Assembly (NCBI GenBank): GCA_963700285.1
Contig: CAVOXA010000010.1
Span: 416,001 to 480,000, forward strand
Source of the DNA: an uncultured Chloroflexia bacterium
GTDB lineage: Bacteria > Chloroflexota > Anaerolineae > JAAYZQ01
Length of the DNA: 64,000 nt
Reading direction: 5' to 3'
Of this stretch, positions 40,129-49,932 are shown piece by piece. Position 1 is the stretch's first letter, and each line of letters starts with the position of its first letter. The position numbers were made by a program, and so were the translations under genes. Under the pieces are notes generated by a model, which saw nothing but the letters and a program-made list of their open reading frames with translations, was not told the origin of the DNA and searched no databases.

Positions 40129-40389
40129 ATGACGATTGTGATTGCCGCTGAAAGACTCGAACGCATCGACCAGATGGTTCGCTGGATCGGGCAGCCTTCC
40201 TTCGACGCCCCCTTTACCGCATGTGTACGGCACTCCGTGCCAAGAGAATGCGAAAACAGCCAGATTGCGGTCGAGCTGATCTGTGGCAGTCAAGTAAACC
40301 CTCGAAAGCATGGCCTTATCCGGTCGCGATGCCTGCCTGCAGGGTCCTGCACGTCAAGGGCACATCGCAATCTGGGCGATACCTGTTGA
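40129..40389 (+). pseudogene. Possible decayed DeoR/GlpR-type regulator fragment
   Basis: AAERLERI resembles a DeoR N-terminus and NSQIAVELICGSQVNPRKHGLI resembles a DeoRC segment. Too short for an intact gene. Confidence 0.3.
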
Positions 40390-40443
40390 AGCACCCAGTA
40401 CCCTAAGGCGCACTCTGCATCCACAATAAACAAGGAGAAAAGG

Positions 40444-41379
40444 ATGAAAATCTCGGAAGTCAAAAAAGTCATGCGAGGGCCCTTGGCCCCTGTGCTGACG
40501 GTCTACAAGGAAGACCTGTCCCTCGATCTGGACGCGACCCAGGAGAATGTGGACCAACAGATCCGCCGCGGGATGGCCAAGGGGAAAGGCATTCTGCTCG
40601 CCGCCGGCGCAGGCGGCGATTTTCCCCTCCTGAGCCACGACGAGCGCAAGGCCGTCATTAAGGCCGTTGCGGAGGCTGCCGGAGACCGGGGAACGGTACT
40701 GGGTACTGCCCAGTCGCCCCTGACCCAGGAAGCGATTGAATTTGCCCAATGGAGCCAGGAGGTTGGCTGCTATGGCATCCAGCTCAGCCCCACTTGGTAC
40801 TATCCACCCAATGAGGCCCAGGTCTACGCACACCTAAAAGCCGTGGCTGAGAGCATTGACATCTGCGTCATGGTCTACCACACACCCTGGCTCGGCTCTG
40901 AGATCAGTAACGACATGTTCCTGCGCCTGGCACAAGAACTGCCAAACGTACGGGCCATCAAGTGGAGTTCTCGGGATGCAGCCATCGTGATGGATGGCTA
41001 CATCGGGCTCTCGGACACATACGCCATGATCAACAATCACCCCAGTCTGCTGCAGGCGGCGTTGATGGGAGCCACAGGCTTTGTCACCCATCTGGCCAAC
41101 GTCTGGCCCGAGCATCAGGTAGCCTTGTGGGAGATGCTCGAGCGTGGAGAGTACCAGGCGGCAAACCAGGAATTCGTAAAGGTCCAGTGGCCCTGGCGCG
41201 GCCTGCGTGCCTGGGCCTCCAACAACGTCGCCCGAGGCGAGTCCCTGGCGGTCAAACCCGCCGCCGAGATGACCGGCTTTCACGGCGGTCCCAGCCGGCC
41301 GCCCATGGTCACCTTTAACGAGGACCAGCGGGCTCACGTACGCTCAATCCTGGAGAGCATGGGCGCTCCCTTGGTTTAA
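40444..41379 (+). CDS. DapA/NanA-family aldolase/lyase, divergent
   Basis: GAGGDF in place of GTTGE, LS.DERK, MVYHTPW and the Lys in RAIKWS. Confidence 0.85.
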   Translation: MKISEVKKVMRGPLAPVLTVYKEDLSLDLDATQENVDQQIRRGMAKGKGILLAAGAGGDFPLLSHDERKAVIKAVAEAAGDRGTVLGTAQSPLTQEAIEFAQWSQEVGCYGIQLSPTWYYPPNEAQVYAHLKAVAESIDICVMVYHTPWLGSEISNDMFLRLAQELPNVRAIKWSSRDAAIVMDGYIGLSDTYAMINNHPSLLQAALMGATGFVTHLANVWPEHQVALWEMLERGEYQAANQEFVKVQWPWRGLRAWASNNVARGESLAVKPAAEMTGFHGGPSRPPMVTFNEDQRAHVRSILESMGAPLV

Positions 41380-41464
41380 TACCTATCCGAGAATGCTTTG
41401 GACGCCCTTCGAATACGGGGGCTGAGAGCGAATTTTCGCCGAGTTTTCAGCAGGAGGAGAAGAG

Positions 41465-42412
41465 ATGGCACAGGAGCCGGATCTGCGTCTGGCGATGTTG
41501 GGCATGGTAGATGGCAATGGCCACCCCTACTCATGGAGCGCCATGTTCAACGGTTACGATCCTGAGGTAATGGCTGACTGCCCCTATGCTGGGATCCCCG
41601 AATACCTGGACAAGGAACCCAAAGAGACGCTCCAAATCCCGGGCGCGCGGGTGACCCACATCTGGGCCGACGACCCTGCAGACGCGGTGCACGTGGCCCG
41701 CGCCAGCCTCATTCCTCATGTCGTGGCTCGAGCGGAAGACGTCATCGGCCACGTGGACGCGGTGATCGTCGCGACCGACATGGGCTACGAGCACGTGGAG
41801 CGCTGCCGCCCCTTTGTGGAAGCCGGCCTGCCCGTCTTTGTGGACAAGCCTTTGACCGATAATGAGCCGGACCTGGTACAGTTTGGGGAATGGGTGAGGG
41901 CAGGTAAGCGCATCATGTCCTCAAGCTGCATGCGTTACGCCAAGGAATTCTGGCCGTACCGGACTTCAACCCACGAATTGGGCGAGTTGCGCTACGCTTC
42001 CATCACGACGCCCAAGAGCTGGGAGCGCTATGGTATCCACGCCCTGGAGGGGGTATATCCAATCCTGGGTCCAGGGTTTGTCTCGGCTCGCAACACCGGC
42101 ACGGAGGATCGCAACATTGTCCACCTGGAGCACGAGTGCGGCGCCGACGTGGTCATTGCCGCCATCAGCGATATGTATGGCGCCTTTGGGGCGCTGACCC
42201 TGGCCGGAACCAGCGGGCACGTCGCAGTCAGCTTTGGCGACACGTTCTATGCCTTCAGGACCCAACTCGTGGCCTTTGTCGAGTATCTGCGGACGGGTCA
42301 ACGGGCGTTCCCGTTCTCGGAAACGGTCGAGATGATAAAGATCATCATTGCCGGCATTCGCAGTCGTGAGGAAGGCGGGCGCAAAGTGCTACTGGTCGAG
42401 ATCGAGGGCTAG
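41465..42412 (+). CDS. Gfo/Idh/MocA-family oxidoreductase
   Basis: VDAVIV, H......AGLPVFVDKPL, SS.MRYA and YGIHALE. Confidence 0.85.
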   Translation: MAQEPDLRLAMLGMVDGNGHPYSWSAMFNGYDPEVMADCPYAGIPEYLDKEPKETLQIPGARVTHIWADDPADAVHVARASLIPHVVARAEDVIGHVDAVIVATDMGYEHVERCRPFVEAGLPVFVDKPLTDNEPDLVQFGEWVRAGKRIMSSSCMRYAKEFWPYRTSTHELGELRYASITTPKSWERYGIHALEGVYPILGPGFVSARNTGTEDRNIVHLEHECGADVVIAAISDMYGAFGALTLAGTSGHVAVSFGDTFYAFRTQLVAFVEYLRTGQRAFPFSETVEMIKIIIAGIRSREEGGRKVLLVEIEG

Positions 42413-42415
42413 GCC

Positions 42416-43543
42416 ATGGCCATGACTGAGCGCGAGCGGCTGCTGGCGGTCTACCGTGGGGAGACGCCAGACCGCGTACCCTTTTTCCTGGACCTCTCCC
42501 ACTGGTTCTACCAGAAACACAGCATTCCTTTCGATCTATCGGTACCGCACCTGGAGCCCGAATGGGATCTGATCGACTATCACAAAAAAGTGGGTGCGGG
42601 ATTCTACGTGCCCAACCTCAATTCTTACTTTGACGTGACCCTGCCCCCCGACGTGGTGGCCACGACGACCAAAGAAATGACAGGCCAAGGGCCCGAGATC
42701 ACCTGGCGCATCGAGACGCCTATCGGCGCCATCGAGCGCAAGCGCCAGTGGGAGGAGCAGAGCTACTCCTGGAACGTCTCCAAGTGGGGCGTGCGCACAG
42801 AGCAGGATCTGCGCGTGCTGGGTTATGCCCTCGGCCACTACCAGTATCAGCCCGCATGGGAACGCTATACCCCATGGGTAGAGTCCCTGGGCGACTATGG
42901 CGTGGTGTATATCTCTGTCGGCTACAGCGCCATGGGCCACCTGCTGGGCTATTGGATGGGCATCGAAGGTACTATCTATGCCTCGGTCGATATGCCCGGC
43001 GTTCTGCGCGAGGTAGTAGACCAGATCAACAACAACATCTTGAACTGTGTGGACATGGTCTGTCAGAGCCCGGCCGAAGTCATCATCATGGGCGATAATT
43101 TCAGCGGCGACATCCAGCCGCCGAGCTTTTTCAAGAGGTGGTCGGAGCCGTTTTACGCGGAAGCGATCCGGCGCGTGCGCGAGGCGGGCAAGTACAGCGC
43201 CATCCATATTGACGGCCGCCTGAAGGGTATTCTCAGGTGTTTTGCTGATCTGGGCGCTACTTGCGCCGACGCCGTAACGCCTGCCCCGATGGGAGATCTC
43301 ACCCCGCGCCAGTGCCGTGAGGAAGCCGGGCCAGAAATGGTACTTTCGGGTGGGGTGCCGCCCAACCTCTGGCTGCCAGAGGTCAGCGACGAGACGTTCA
43401 AACATTCGGTGCTGGATTGGCTGGAGATCCGCAAGCTGAGTCCCGGTCTCGTGGCCAACGCCGGCGACCAAGTGCCGCCCGGCGCGCCGGAATACCGCAT
43501 CGAGATGATGCGCGAGTTGGTGGAAGAACACGGGAGGTACTGA
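42416..43543 (+). CDS. URO-D-fold protein
   Basis: MTERERLLA...PDRVP, TPIG.I, GDNFSG..PP.FF, IHIDG, TPAP.GD and GDQVPP. Confidence 0.82.
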   Translation: MAMTERERLLAVYRGETPDRVPFFLDLSHWFYQKHSIPFDLSVPHLEPEWDLIDYHKKVGAGFYVPNLNSYFDVTLPPDVVATTTKEMTGQGPEITWRIETPIGAIERKRQWEEQSYSWNVSKWGVRTEQDLRVLGYALGHYQYQPAWERYTPWVESLGDYGVVYISVGYSAMGHLLGYWMGIEGTIYASVDMPGVLREVVDQINNNILNCVDMVCQSPAEVIIMGDNFSGDIQPPSFFKRWSEPFYAEAIRRVREAGKYSAIHIDGRLKGILRCFADLGATCADAVTPAPMGDLTPRQCREEAGPEMVLSGGVPPNLWLPEVSDETFKHSVLDWLEIRKLSPGLVANAGDQVPPGAPEYRIEMMRELVEEHGRY

Positions 43544-45862
43544 TGGTAGAGAACTGGACGTTCACGGACCTGGACGGTCAGGTGGCGCAAGAGCTGCAAG
43601 ATTTCCTGCCGGAGCGTGTTTTTGACGCCCATGCCCACGTCTATCGCGTAGACGATCTAAACGTGGAGGGAGCGGGTCTGTTCGGGGAAGGGCCGCCAGA
43701 GGTGGGCACCGGTACCTGGCGCGAGTTCGGCGCCAGGATTTTCGGGGAAGCCCGGCTGCAGGGGGGGCTGTTCCTGGCTACGCCCACGGCCAACTGCAAC
43801 CCAGAGCGCGTCAACGCCTATCTGCTCGCCCAACTCGAGGCTGAGCCTGGCAGCCGCGGCTCGATCCTGGTCACGCCGGATGACACAGCCGCGGGGCTCG
43901 AGCCCCTGCTACAGCACCCACAGGTAGTGGGTTTCAAGCCCTATCACGTTTTCAGCTACGACAAACCCACTTTCCAGGCACCCATCCCCAGCTACCTGCC
44001 CGAATGGGCCTGGGAAGTGGCTGATGCGCGGGGCTTGACCATCACGCTGCACATGGTCAAGAGTCTGGCCCTAGCCGACCTTGACAACCAGCACCACATC
44101 CGGAGCATGTGCCTCAAATACCCTGGCGCCCAGCTTGTCCTGGCCCACGCGGCGCGGGGCTTTCACGCCCCCAACACAGCCAGGGGCCTGCATGCCCTCC
44201 GGGGGCTGGAGAACGTCTGGTTCGACATGTCAGCGATTTGCGAGCCGGAGGCCCTGGTCGCCATCCTGCGCGCCTTTGGCCCGCGGCGGCTGCTTTGGGG
44301 CAGCGATTTTCCCGTCTCCGAGTCGCGGGGCCGGGCAGTGACGGCGGGAGACGGCTTTGTCTGGCTCCAGGCGGACACCGTGAACTGGGACAAGGTTTCT
44401 CCGGAATGCCAGCCGGTTCTCGTCGGGCTGGAATCGCTCCGAGCGCTGAAAGGGGCCGCCGACAGTTTTGGCCTGAACGATGAGGATGTACAGGATGTCT
44501 TTTGTGACAACGCCTGGCGCCTGCTGAGTCTCAAGCCCGAGTCCGGCACGCTGACGCAGGATCGATACAGAGAGGCCAAGCAGCGTATTCCCGGCGGCGT
44601 ACAGTTGCTCAGCAAGCGGCCCGAGCAATTTGCCCCGGACCAATGGCCGGCCTATTTCCGCGAGGCGCGTGGCTGCGAAATATGGGATCTGGACGGCCGG
44701 CACTACTGGGACATGTCCATCAACGGCATCGGGGCCTGCCTGCTGGGCTACCGCGACCCGGAGGTGACACAGGCCGTGCTACGGCGGGTCAACCTGGGCG
44801 CCATGTCTACCCTGAACCCACCGGAGGAGGCCGACCTGGCCGATCTGCTGTGTGAGATCCACCCCTGGGCCGAGCAGGTTCGCTTTGCCCGCAGCGGGGG
44901 GGAGATCGCTGCCATCGCTGTGCGCATTGCCCGGGCGACGACGGATCGCTCGCTGGTGGCCATCGGCGGCTATCATGGCTGGCACGACTGGTACCTGGCC
45001 GCTAACCTGGGAGATGATGATTCCCTACGCGGCCACCTGCTGCCGGGCCTGGAGCCACTGGGGGTTCCTCGAGAGTTGCGCGGAACGGTCCTGACCTTTC
45101 AGCACGGCGACCGGGAAGCGCTGCAGAATATCCTGGACGAACATGGAGACCGTCTGGCGGCTGTGATCATGGAACCGTGCCGCCACCACGATCCGGAACC
45201 AGGCTATTTGGACTTTGTGCGCGAGGGTGCACACCGATGCGGGGCCCTGCTGATCTTTGACGAGATCTCGATCGGCTGGCGCCTGGCCTGCGGGGGGGCA
45301 CACCTCAGGCTCGGCATCGAGCCGGACATGGCGATCTTTGCCAAGTCCCTGGGCAATGGGCATCCCATTGCGGCCGTCATCGGCACGCGGGAAGCGATGG
45401 ATGGTGCCCATGCGTCCTTTATCAGCAGTACCTACTGGACGGAGAGCGTCGGTCCGGCCGCGGCCCTGGCAGCGGTGCGCAAGATGCAGGCGTTGGACGT
45501 TCCAGCGCACGTCGCGTGGGTCGGGGAGACTGTGTCGGGATTCTGGCAACGCTACGGCGAGCGGCATGGCCTGCCTGTGGTGACCGGCGATGGTTATCCC
45601 TGCCTGGCCCATTTCCGGTTTGACCATGAACTGGCGGACGAAGCTGAGGACGCTCTACACCCAGCTCATGCTGGAGCGCGGCTTCCTGGCCAGCCCCTCG
45701 ATCTATGCCACGCTGGCCCACACGGAGGAGATCCTCGGGCTTTACGGCGAGGCAATTGACGAGGTCTTTGCCGAACTCGCGGCTGCCCTGGCAGCAGGCG
45801 ACGTCCAGGTACGGCTCAAAGGGCCGGTGGCCCATACTGGCTTCAGGCGGCTGATCGACTAG
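43543..45862 (+). CDS. Fusion: amidohydrolase (TIM-barrel) + class III aminotransferase (GSA-aminomutase-like); one frameshift near 45641
   Basis: N-terminal FDAHAH, FKPYH, LAHAARG, WGSDFP. C-terminal WDLDG..Y.D, LLGY, YHGWHD, LIFDEI..G.R, FAKSLGNG. The C-terminus continues in another frame (LRTLYTQLML..GFRRLID*). Confidence 0.85.
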
Positions 45863-46038
45863 GCGGGCACAAGCTACAGCCAGCGGCCGATCCACTGCCG
45901 GCAGCACAGGGAGAGTGCGAAGCATGACATCACGTCCTTGCAGGCAGGTGGGAGAACATCGTCGCCTTTTTTCAGGCCATTGAGGAGTTCGGATATTATC
46001 GAGAGAACCGACTGTAAAGATTTGAAACGTAGTAGAGC

Positions 46039-46094
46039 GTCGAACAAGTTGGTGTAGCGGACGGCTGGCCGCCGCCGCTGAACAGGGGTGAGCC
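46039..46094 (+). mobile_element. Degenerate solitary integron attC-like site
   Basis: GTCGAAC (R''-like), then AAGTTGGTGTAGCGGACGGC-TGGCC-GCCGCCGCTGAAC, then GTGAGCC (R'-like, 1 mismatch to GTTRRRY). It follows a short ORF end. Confidence 0.45.
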
Positions 46095-46135
46095 AAGGGA
46101 ATGCGGATCGAGGGTAACGCACAAGGAGGGGAGGA

Positions 46136-47518
46136 ATGATCAAGCCTAGAATCGGATTTGTTGTCTACGGAGTTCACAAAGACGGCCTGCTTGATCCTAT
46201 GGGCGTGCCTTTCATCGACGACGAACTGATCGAGAATGCTCAAGAGTCCCTTCGCAACGCAGGGCTGGAACTTGTCGTCCATGACCTGGTCATTGCCTCA
46301 AAGCAAGAAGCGCGGGAGTGCTTTTCCAAGTTCAAAAAGATGGAAGACGTGGATGCCTTGATCCTGTTCTCAGGGACGTGGGTCTGGGCCGCTCACCTGA
46401 TCGGCCCGCTCCGCGACTATTCGTTCACAGGCAAGGGCATCGTGCTCTGGACCCATCCCGGTTCGCAGGGCTGGCGGCCGGTCGGCGGCCTGGTCCTGCA
46501 CGGCGCGCTCAAAGAGGTCGGCATCCAGCACCGCTTCGTGTACGGCAGCCACGACGCCCCCATAGAGATCAACCGCATCGTCTCCTACTGCCGGGCCAGC
46601 CACGAGAAGAACCAGCTGAATATGGGCACCATTGGCGCTTTCGGCGGACGTGGCATGGGCCAGACCTGCGGCGTGGCCGACCCCTCCCAGTGGATGAGGG
46701 TCTTTGGGCTGGATATTGACAGCCGCGACACCACCGAGCTGATCGAGACGGCCAAGCTGATTTCCCCGGAAGAGGTCCAGAAGGCGCGGGGCGAGATCCA
46801 GCCGCTTTTTTCCGACCCCATCCCTGACGACGAGATGGCCGAGCGCTCCATCCGGCTGTATCTGGCCATCAAGAGAACCATCGAAAAAGAGGGTTGGGAT
46901 TTCTACACGATCCAGTCCTTCCCCGGCCTGGGCGACGATTACAGCGCCACCTGCTTGGCCCAGAGCATGATGCTGGAACACGGCGTCGGCACCTCCACCC
47001 TCAGCGACTTCAACACGTGCCTGACGGTCAAGCTGATCACCGACTTGAGCCAGGAGCGGGTGTATTACGGCGACCTACAGCACATCGACAAATCGAGCAA
47101 CGAGATCAAGATCATCGGCGACGGGACCTGTCCGCCCTCCCTGGCGGGTGAAGTCGGACCGGCGGGCTTTGCCGAACACGGCATCCCCACCGAAGGCGAA
47201 GCCGGCGGTTTGTCCGTCAAGCTGGTCTGCAAGGCCGGCGAGGGCGTGCTGGCCCGCCTGGGCCGCGTCAAGGGCCGGTTCAGGATGGTCGTCACCCGTT
47301 GCTCTGTCTTCGAGCCGCCCGCCGAGCAGTTGCAAGAGCGCCGCCTGGAGTGCGGCATCCCCTTCTGGCCCCACGCCTTTGTCACCGCCCACTGCGACAT
47401 AGACGCGTTGATCGACACCTGGAGCAACGAGTACGCGGTGCTCGGCTACGGCGAGCACCTGTATGACGATCTATTGGCTTTCTGCGAGCTGACGGGTATC
47501 GAGGCCATCGCGCTGTGA
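46136..47518 (+). CDS. L-fucose/L-arabinose isomerase-family protein
   Basis: Isomerase-like organisation (YLAIK..IEKEG.D, CLA.SM..E.G, K.GEG.LARL, WPHAF). The usual E.D metal motif appears altered. Confidence 0.7.
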   Translation: MIKPRIGFVVYGVHKDGLLDPMGVPFIDDELIENAQESLRNAGLELVVHDLVIASKQEARECFSKFKKMEDVDALILFSGTWVWAAHLIGPLRDYSFTGKGIVLWTHPGSQGWRPVGGLVLHGALKEVGIQHRFVYGSHDAPIEINRIVSYCRASHEKNQLNMGTIGAFGGRGMGQTCGVADPSQWMRVFGLDIDSRDTTELIETAKLISPEEVQKARGEIQPLFSDPIPDDEMAERSIRLYLAIKRTIEKEGWDFYTIQSFPGLGDDYSATCLAQSMMLEHGVGTSTLSDFNTCLTVKLITDLSQERVYYGDLQHIDKSSNEIKIIGDGTCPPSLAGEVGPAGFAEHGIPTEGEAGGLSVKLVCKAGEGVLARLGRVKGRFRMVVTRCSVFEPPAEQLQERRLECGIPFWPHAFVTAHCDIDALIDTWSNEYAVLGYGEHLYDDLLAFCELTGIEAIAL

Positions 47519-48585
47519 CGCCAGACACAGGGAGAAAGACAACGAATCCGCTCTATTTCCGCGACCACAGCCGGAAGGAACTCCTGGAACACGTCGGGCA
47601 CATGGACCAGGTGGCGGGCGTCCAACTGCTCGAAGCCGGCGATGGGTTGGCGCGAGGCAGCCGGGTGCTCCAGGTATGGACCGGCACCGGGCTGTCGTTC
47701 GACGTTCTAGCCGACCGGGCGCTGGACATCTCCGCCTGCCGCTACAAGGGCGTTCCCCTGGCCTGGATTTCGCCAGTCGGCGACGTCCATCCCAGTTACT
47801 ACGAGCCGGATGGCGCGGGTTGGCTGCGCTCCTTCCAGGGCGGCCTGCTGGTCACCTGCGGCCTGGACCACTTTGGCTACCCCTCCGACGACGGGGGCGA
47901 AGCATTGGGCCTCCACGGACGGGTGAGCAACCTGCCCGCCCGCTACGTGAGGCACCGCGCGGCCTGGCAGGGCGACGAGTACAAGCTCGAGGTCAGTGGG
48001 CAAGTGCGCCAGGCGCGGGTATTCGGCGAGAATCTGGTGTTGCGCCGGCGCATCTCGACGCGCCTGGGCTCCAATCGGATATGGATCGAGGACGAGGTTG
48101 CCAATGAGGGCTTTGCACCCCAGCCACACATGATCCTCTATCACTTCAACCTGGGCTTTCCCCTGCTCAGTGAGGACACCCGCCTGCACGTCGAGGTAGA
48201 GGGCACGGCCCCGCGCGATGCCGATGCAGAGGCCGGGCTGGCTGATTGGATGAGGTTTCAGCCGCCGACCGAGGGGTACCGGGAGCAGGTCTTTTGCCAC
48301 GTGCCCAAAGTCGGTGCCGACGGACGGGTCCGGGTGGGGTTGGAGAATCCGACTCTGGGCCTGGGCTTGCGCTGGACCTACGACCGGGCCAGTCTGCCAC
48401 ACCTGTTCCAGTGGAAAATGATGGGCCAGGGACTGTACGTGCTCGGGGTGGAGCCAGCCAACAGCAGCGGGATGCAGGGCCGCGCCTCTGCCCGGCAGAG
48501 CGGCGACCTGCCCTATCTGGCGCCAGGTGAGAGCCGCCGCTACGCGCTAGAGCTCGAGGTGGTCGAGAGTTCGCAGTCGAGGTAG
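47515..48585 (+). CDS. Aldose 1-epimerase-family protein (DUF4432)
   Basis: DRALDI, F.GGLL.TCGL, LHGR.SN.PA, LYHFN.G and LGVEP. Confidence 0.88.
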   Translation: MTPDTGRKTTNPLYFRDHSRKELLEHVGHMDQVAGVQLLEAGDGLARGSRVLQVWTGTGLSFDVLADRALDISACRYKGVPLAWISPVGDVHPSYYEPDGAGWLRSFQGGLLVTCGLDHFGYPSDDGGEALGLHGRVSNLPARYVRHRAAWQGDEYKLEVSGQVRQARVFGENLVLRRRISTRLGSNRIWIEDEVANEGFAPQPHMILYHFNLGFPLLSEDTRLHVEVEGTAPRDADAEAGLADWMRFQPPTEGYREQVFCHVPKVGADGRVRVGLENPTLGLGLRWTYDRASLPHLFQWKMMGQGLYVLGVEPANSSGMQGRASARQSGDLPYLAPGESRRYALELEVVESSQSR

Positions 48586-48615
48586 CGGCAGAGTGATGAG
48601 AGGAGGAATTATCCT

Positions 48616-49614
48616 ATGAACTCGTTGCATAGCCGTCCGGCCATTGACGCTCACGTACACGTTCATCCGGACTCAATAGCCGACCTAGCATTCATCATGA
48701 AGGCCAACAATCTGAGCCAGGTGGTGAACCTGGGCATCCTGGAATTGCTCGGCATCCCGGTCGAAGAGGGGATGCGTACTTTCCGCCGGGCGCTAGGCCA
48801 GCATATGGCCTATTTTTCCACACCCGATTTCAGGGATACCTCTCCTGGCTTTGGCCGGCGCATGGCGGACGAACTGGCACGCAGAGTGGAAGCCGGGGCC
48901 GCCGGTCTCAAGATCTTTAAGGAGCTGGGGTTGCGGCACAAGGACGCCAGCGGCAACCTCATCCCCGTGGACGATCCGCGCCTGGACCCCCTGTGGGCCA
49001 TGGCCAGCGAGCTGGGCGTGCCCGTGCTCATCCATACCGCCGACCCGGTGGCCTTTTTCCAGCCGCTGGAACCAGACAACGAGCGATGGGAGCAATTGCA
49101 GGTCCATCCTGACTGGCACTTTGGCGGGCCCGAGTTCCCCGGCCACGACGACCTACTGGCCCAACGAAACCGCGTCATCGAGCGGCATCCGGAGACCACG
49201 TTCATCGGCGCGCACCTGGGCAACTACCCGGAGGATCTGGCCTACGTGGCTGCCTGCCTGGAGCGCTATCCCAACTTTAGCGTGGACACCAGCGCCCGCA
49301 TCGGCGAGTTTGGCCGTCACCCTGTCGATAAAGTGCGAGCCTTCTTTGCCAAGCACCAGGATCGCATACTCTTTGGTACCGATTCAACAATCGGCTGGGA
49401 CGCCTCTGACGGAGTACCGGAGAGTGTGACAGAGTTGAACCTCTTCTACGATGCGCACTGGCGCTACTTTGAGACCGACGCACGACAGATAGAGGATCCA
49501 TTCTACCCCATCCACGGTCACTGGCATGTGGATGCTCTCGATCTGCCGGACGAGGTGTTGGACAAGCTGTACATTCAGAATGCGCGACGGCTGATCCCCG
49601 GCTTGCAGGTTTGA
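48616..49614 (+). CDS. Amidohydrolase_2 family protein
   Basis: IDAHVH, GLKIFK.LGL, PVLIHTADP, IGAHLG and RILFGTD. Confidence 0.9.
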   Translation: MNSLHSRPAIDAHVHVHPDSIADLAFIMKANNLSQVVNLGILELLGIPVEEGMRTFRRALGQHMAYFSTPDFRDTSPGFGRRMADELARRVEAGAAGLKIFKELGLRHKDASGNLIPVDDPRLDPLWAMASELGVPVLIHTADPVAFFQPLEPDNERWEQLQVHPDWHFGGPEFPGHDDLLAQRNRVIERHPETTFIGAHLGNYPEDLAYVAACLERYPNFSVDTSARIGEFGRHPVDKVRAFFAKHQDRILFGTDSTIGWDASDGVPESVTELNLFYDAHWRYFETDARQIEDPFYPIHGHWHVDALDLPDEVLDKLYIQNARRLIPGLQV

Positions 49615-49657
49615 GCCACACCACACAACGACGTTCTGCTATCAAGCTGGTGGAGGT

Positions 49658-49845
49658 GTGCTGGTTCAGCGTGTGGGGTTCCATATCCACGAACAGTATG
49701 AAACAAGGGGAGTTCCACGATGAACAGGGTGACTGTCAGCCAAGTGGAGCAAATCCAACGAGCGACCAAAGATCTGCTGGAAAACGTCGGTGTGCAAGTG
49801 ATGCACCATGGGCTGTTGTAGCGCACCTGCACTGCGGGGGTGCAG
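49658..49845 (+). repeat. 188-bp diverged direct repeat, copy 1 (upstream region and 5' end of the mttB-like gene)
   Basis: Aligns without gaps to 51061-51248 and carries TAG at 49819 where copy 2 has CAA. Confidence 0.9.
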
Positions 49846-49932
49846 CCGGCCGTGCTCACCGTGGTCCTGGATGCCAAGCGCATCAACGAGGCGCAGTCCT
49901 TGATCGACTTTTTTGAAGGGGGCGAGTCGTGA
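49720..49932 (+). pseudogene. Chimeric remnant: mttB-like N-terminus (with nonsense codon) joined in frame to an unrelated C-terminus
   Basis: MNRVTVSQVEQIQRAT..HHGLL*RTCTAGVQ followed by PAVLTVVLDAKRINEAQSLIDFFEGGES*. The stop overlaps the next start (GTGA). Confidence 0.65.

Noticed and set aside
39896-40443. Cobalamin riboswitch upstream of methyltransferase-fold genes
   Set aside because: No B12-box or GGGAA...GCCACUG pattern was recognisable.
24378-45862. Tetrapyrrole biosynthesis cluster (hemE- and hemL-like annotations)
   Set aside because: The URO-D-fold proteins lack the HemE W.MRQAGR motif, the aminotransferase is fused to an amidohydrolase, and no other hem genes are present.
49819-49821. 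In-frame TAG in an mttB-like fragment as possible pyrrolysine recoding
   Set aside because: It is codon 34 of a short duplicated fragment where the intact paralog has Gln, far from the Pyl position. No pyl genes or tRNA-Pyl were seen, so it is a nonsense mutation.
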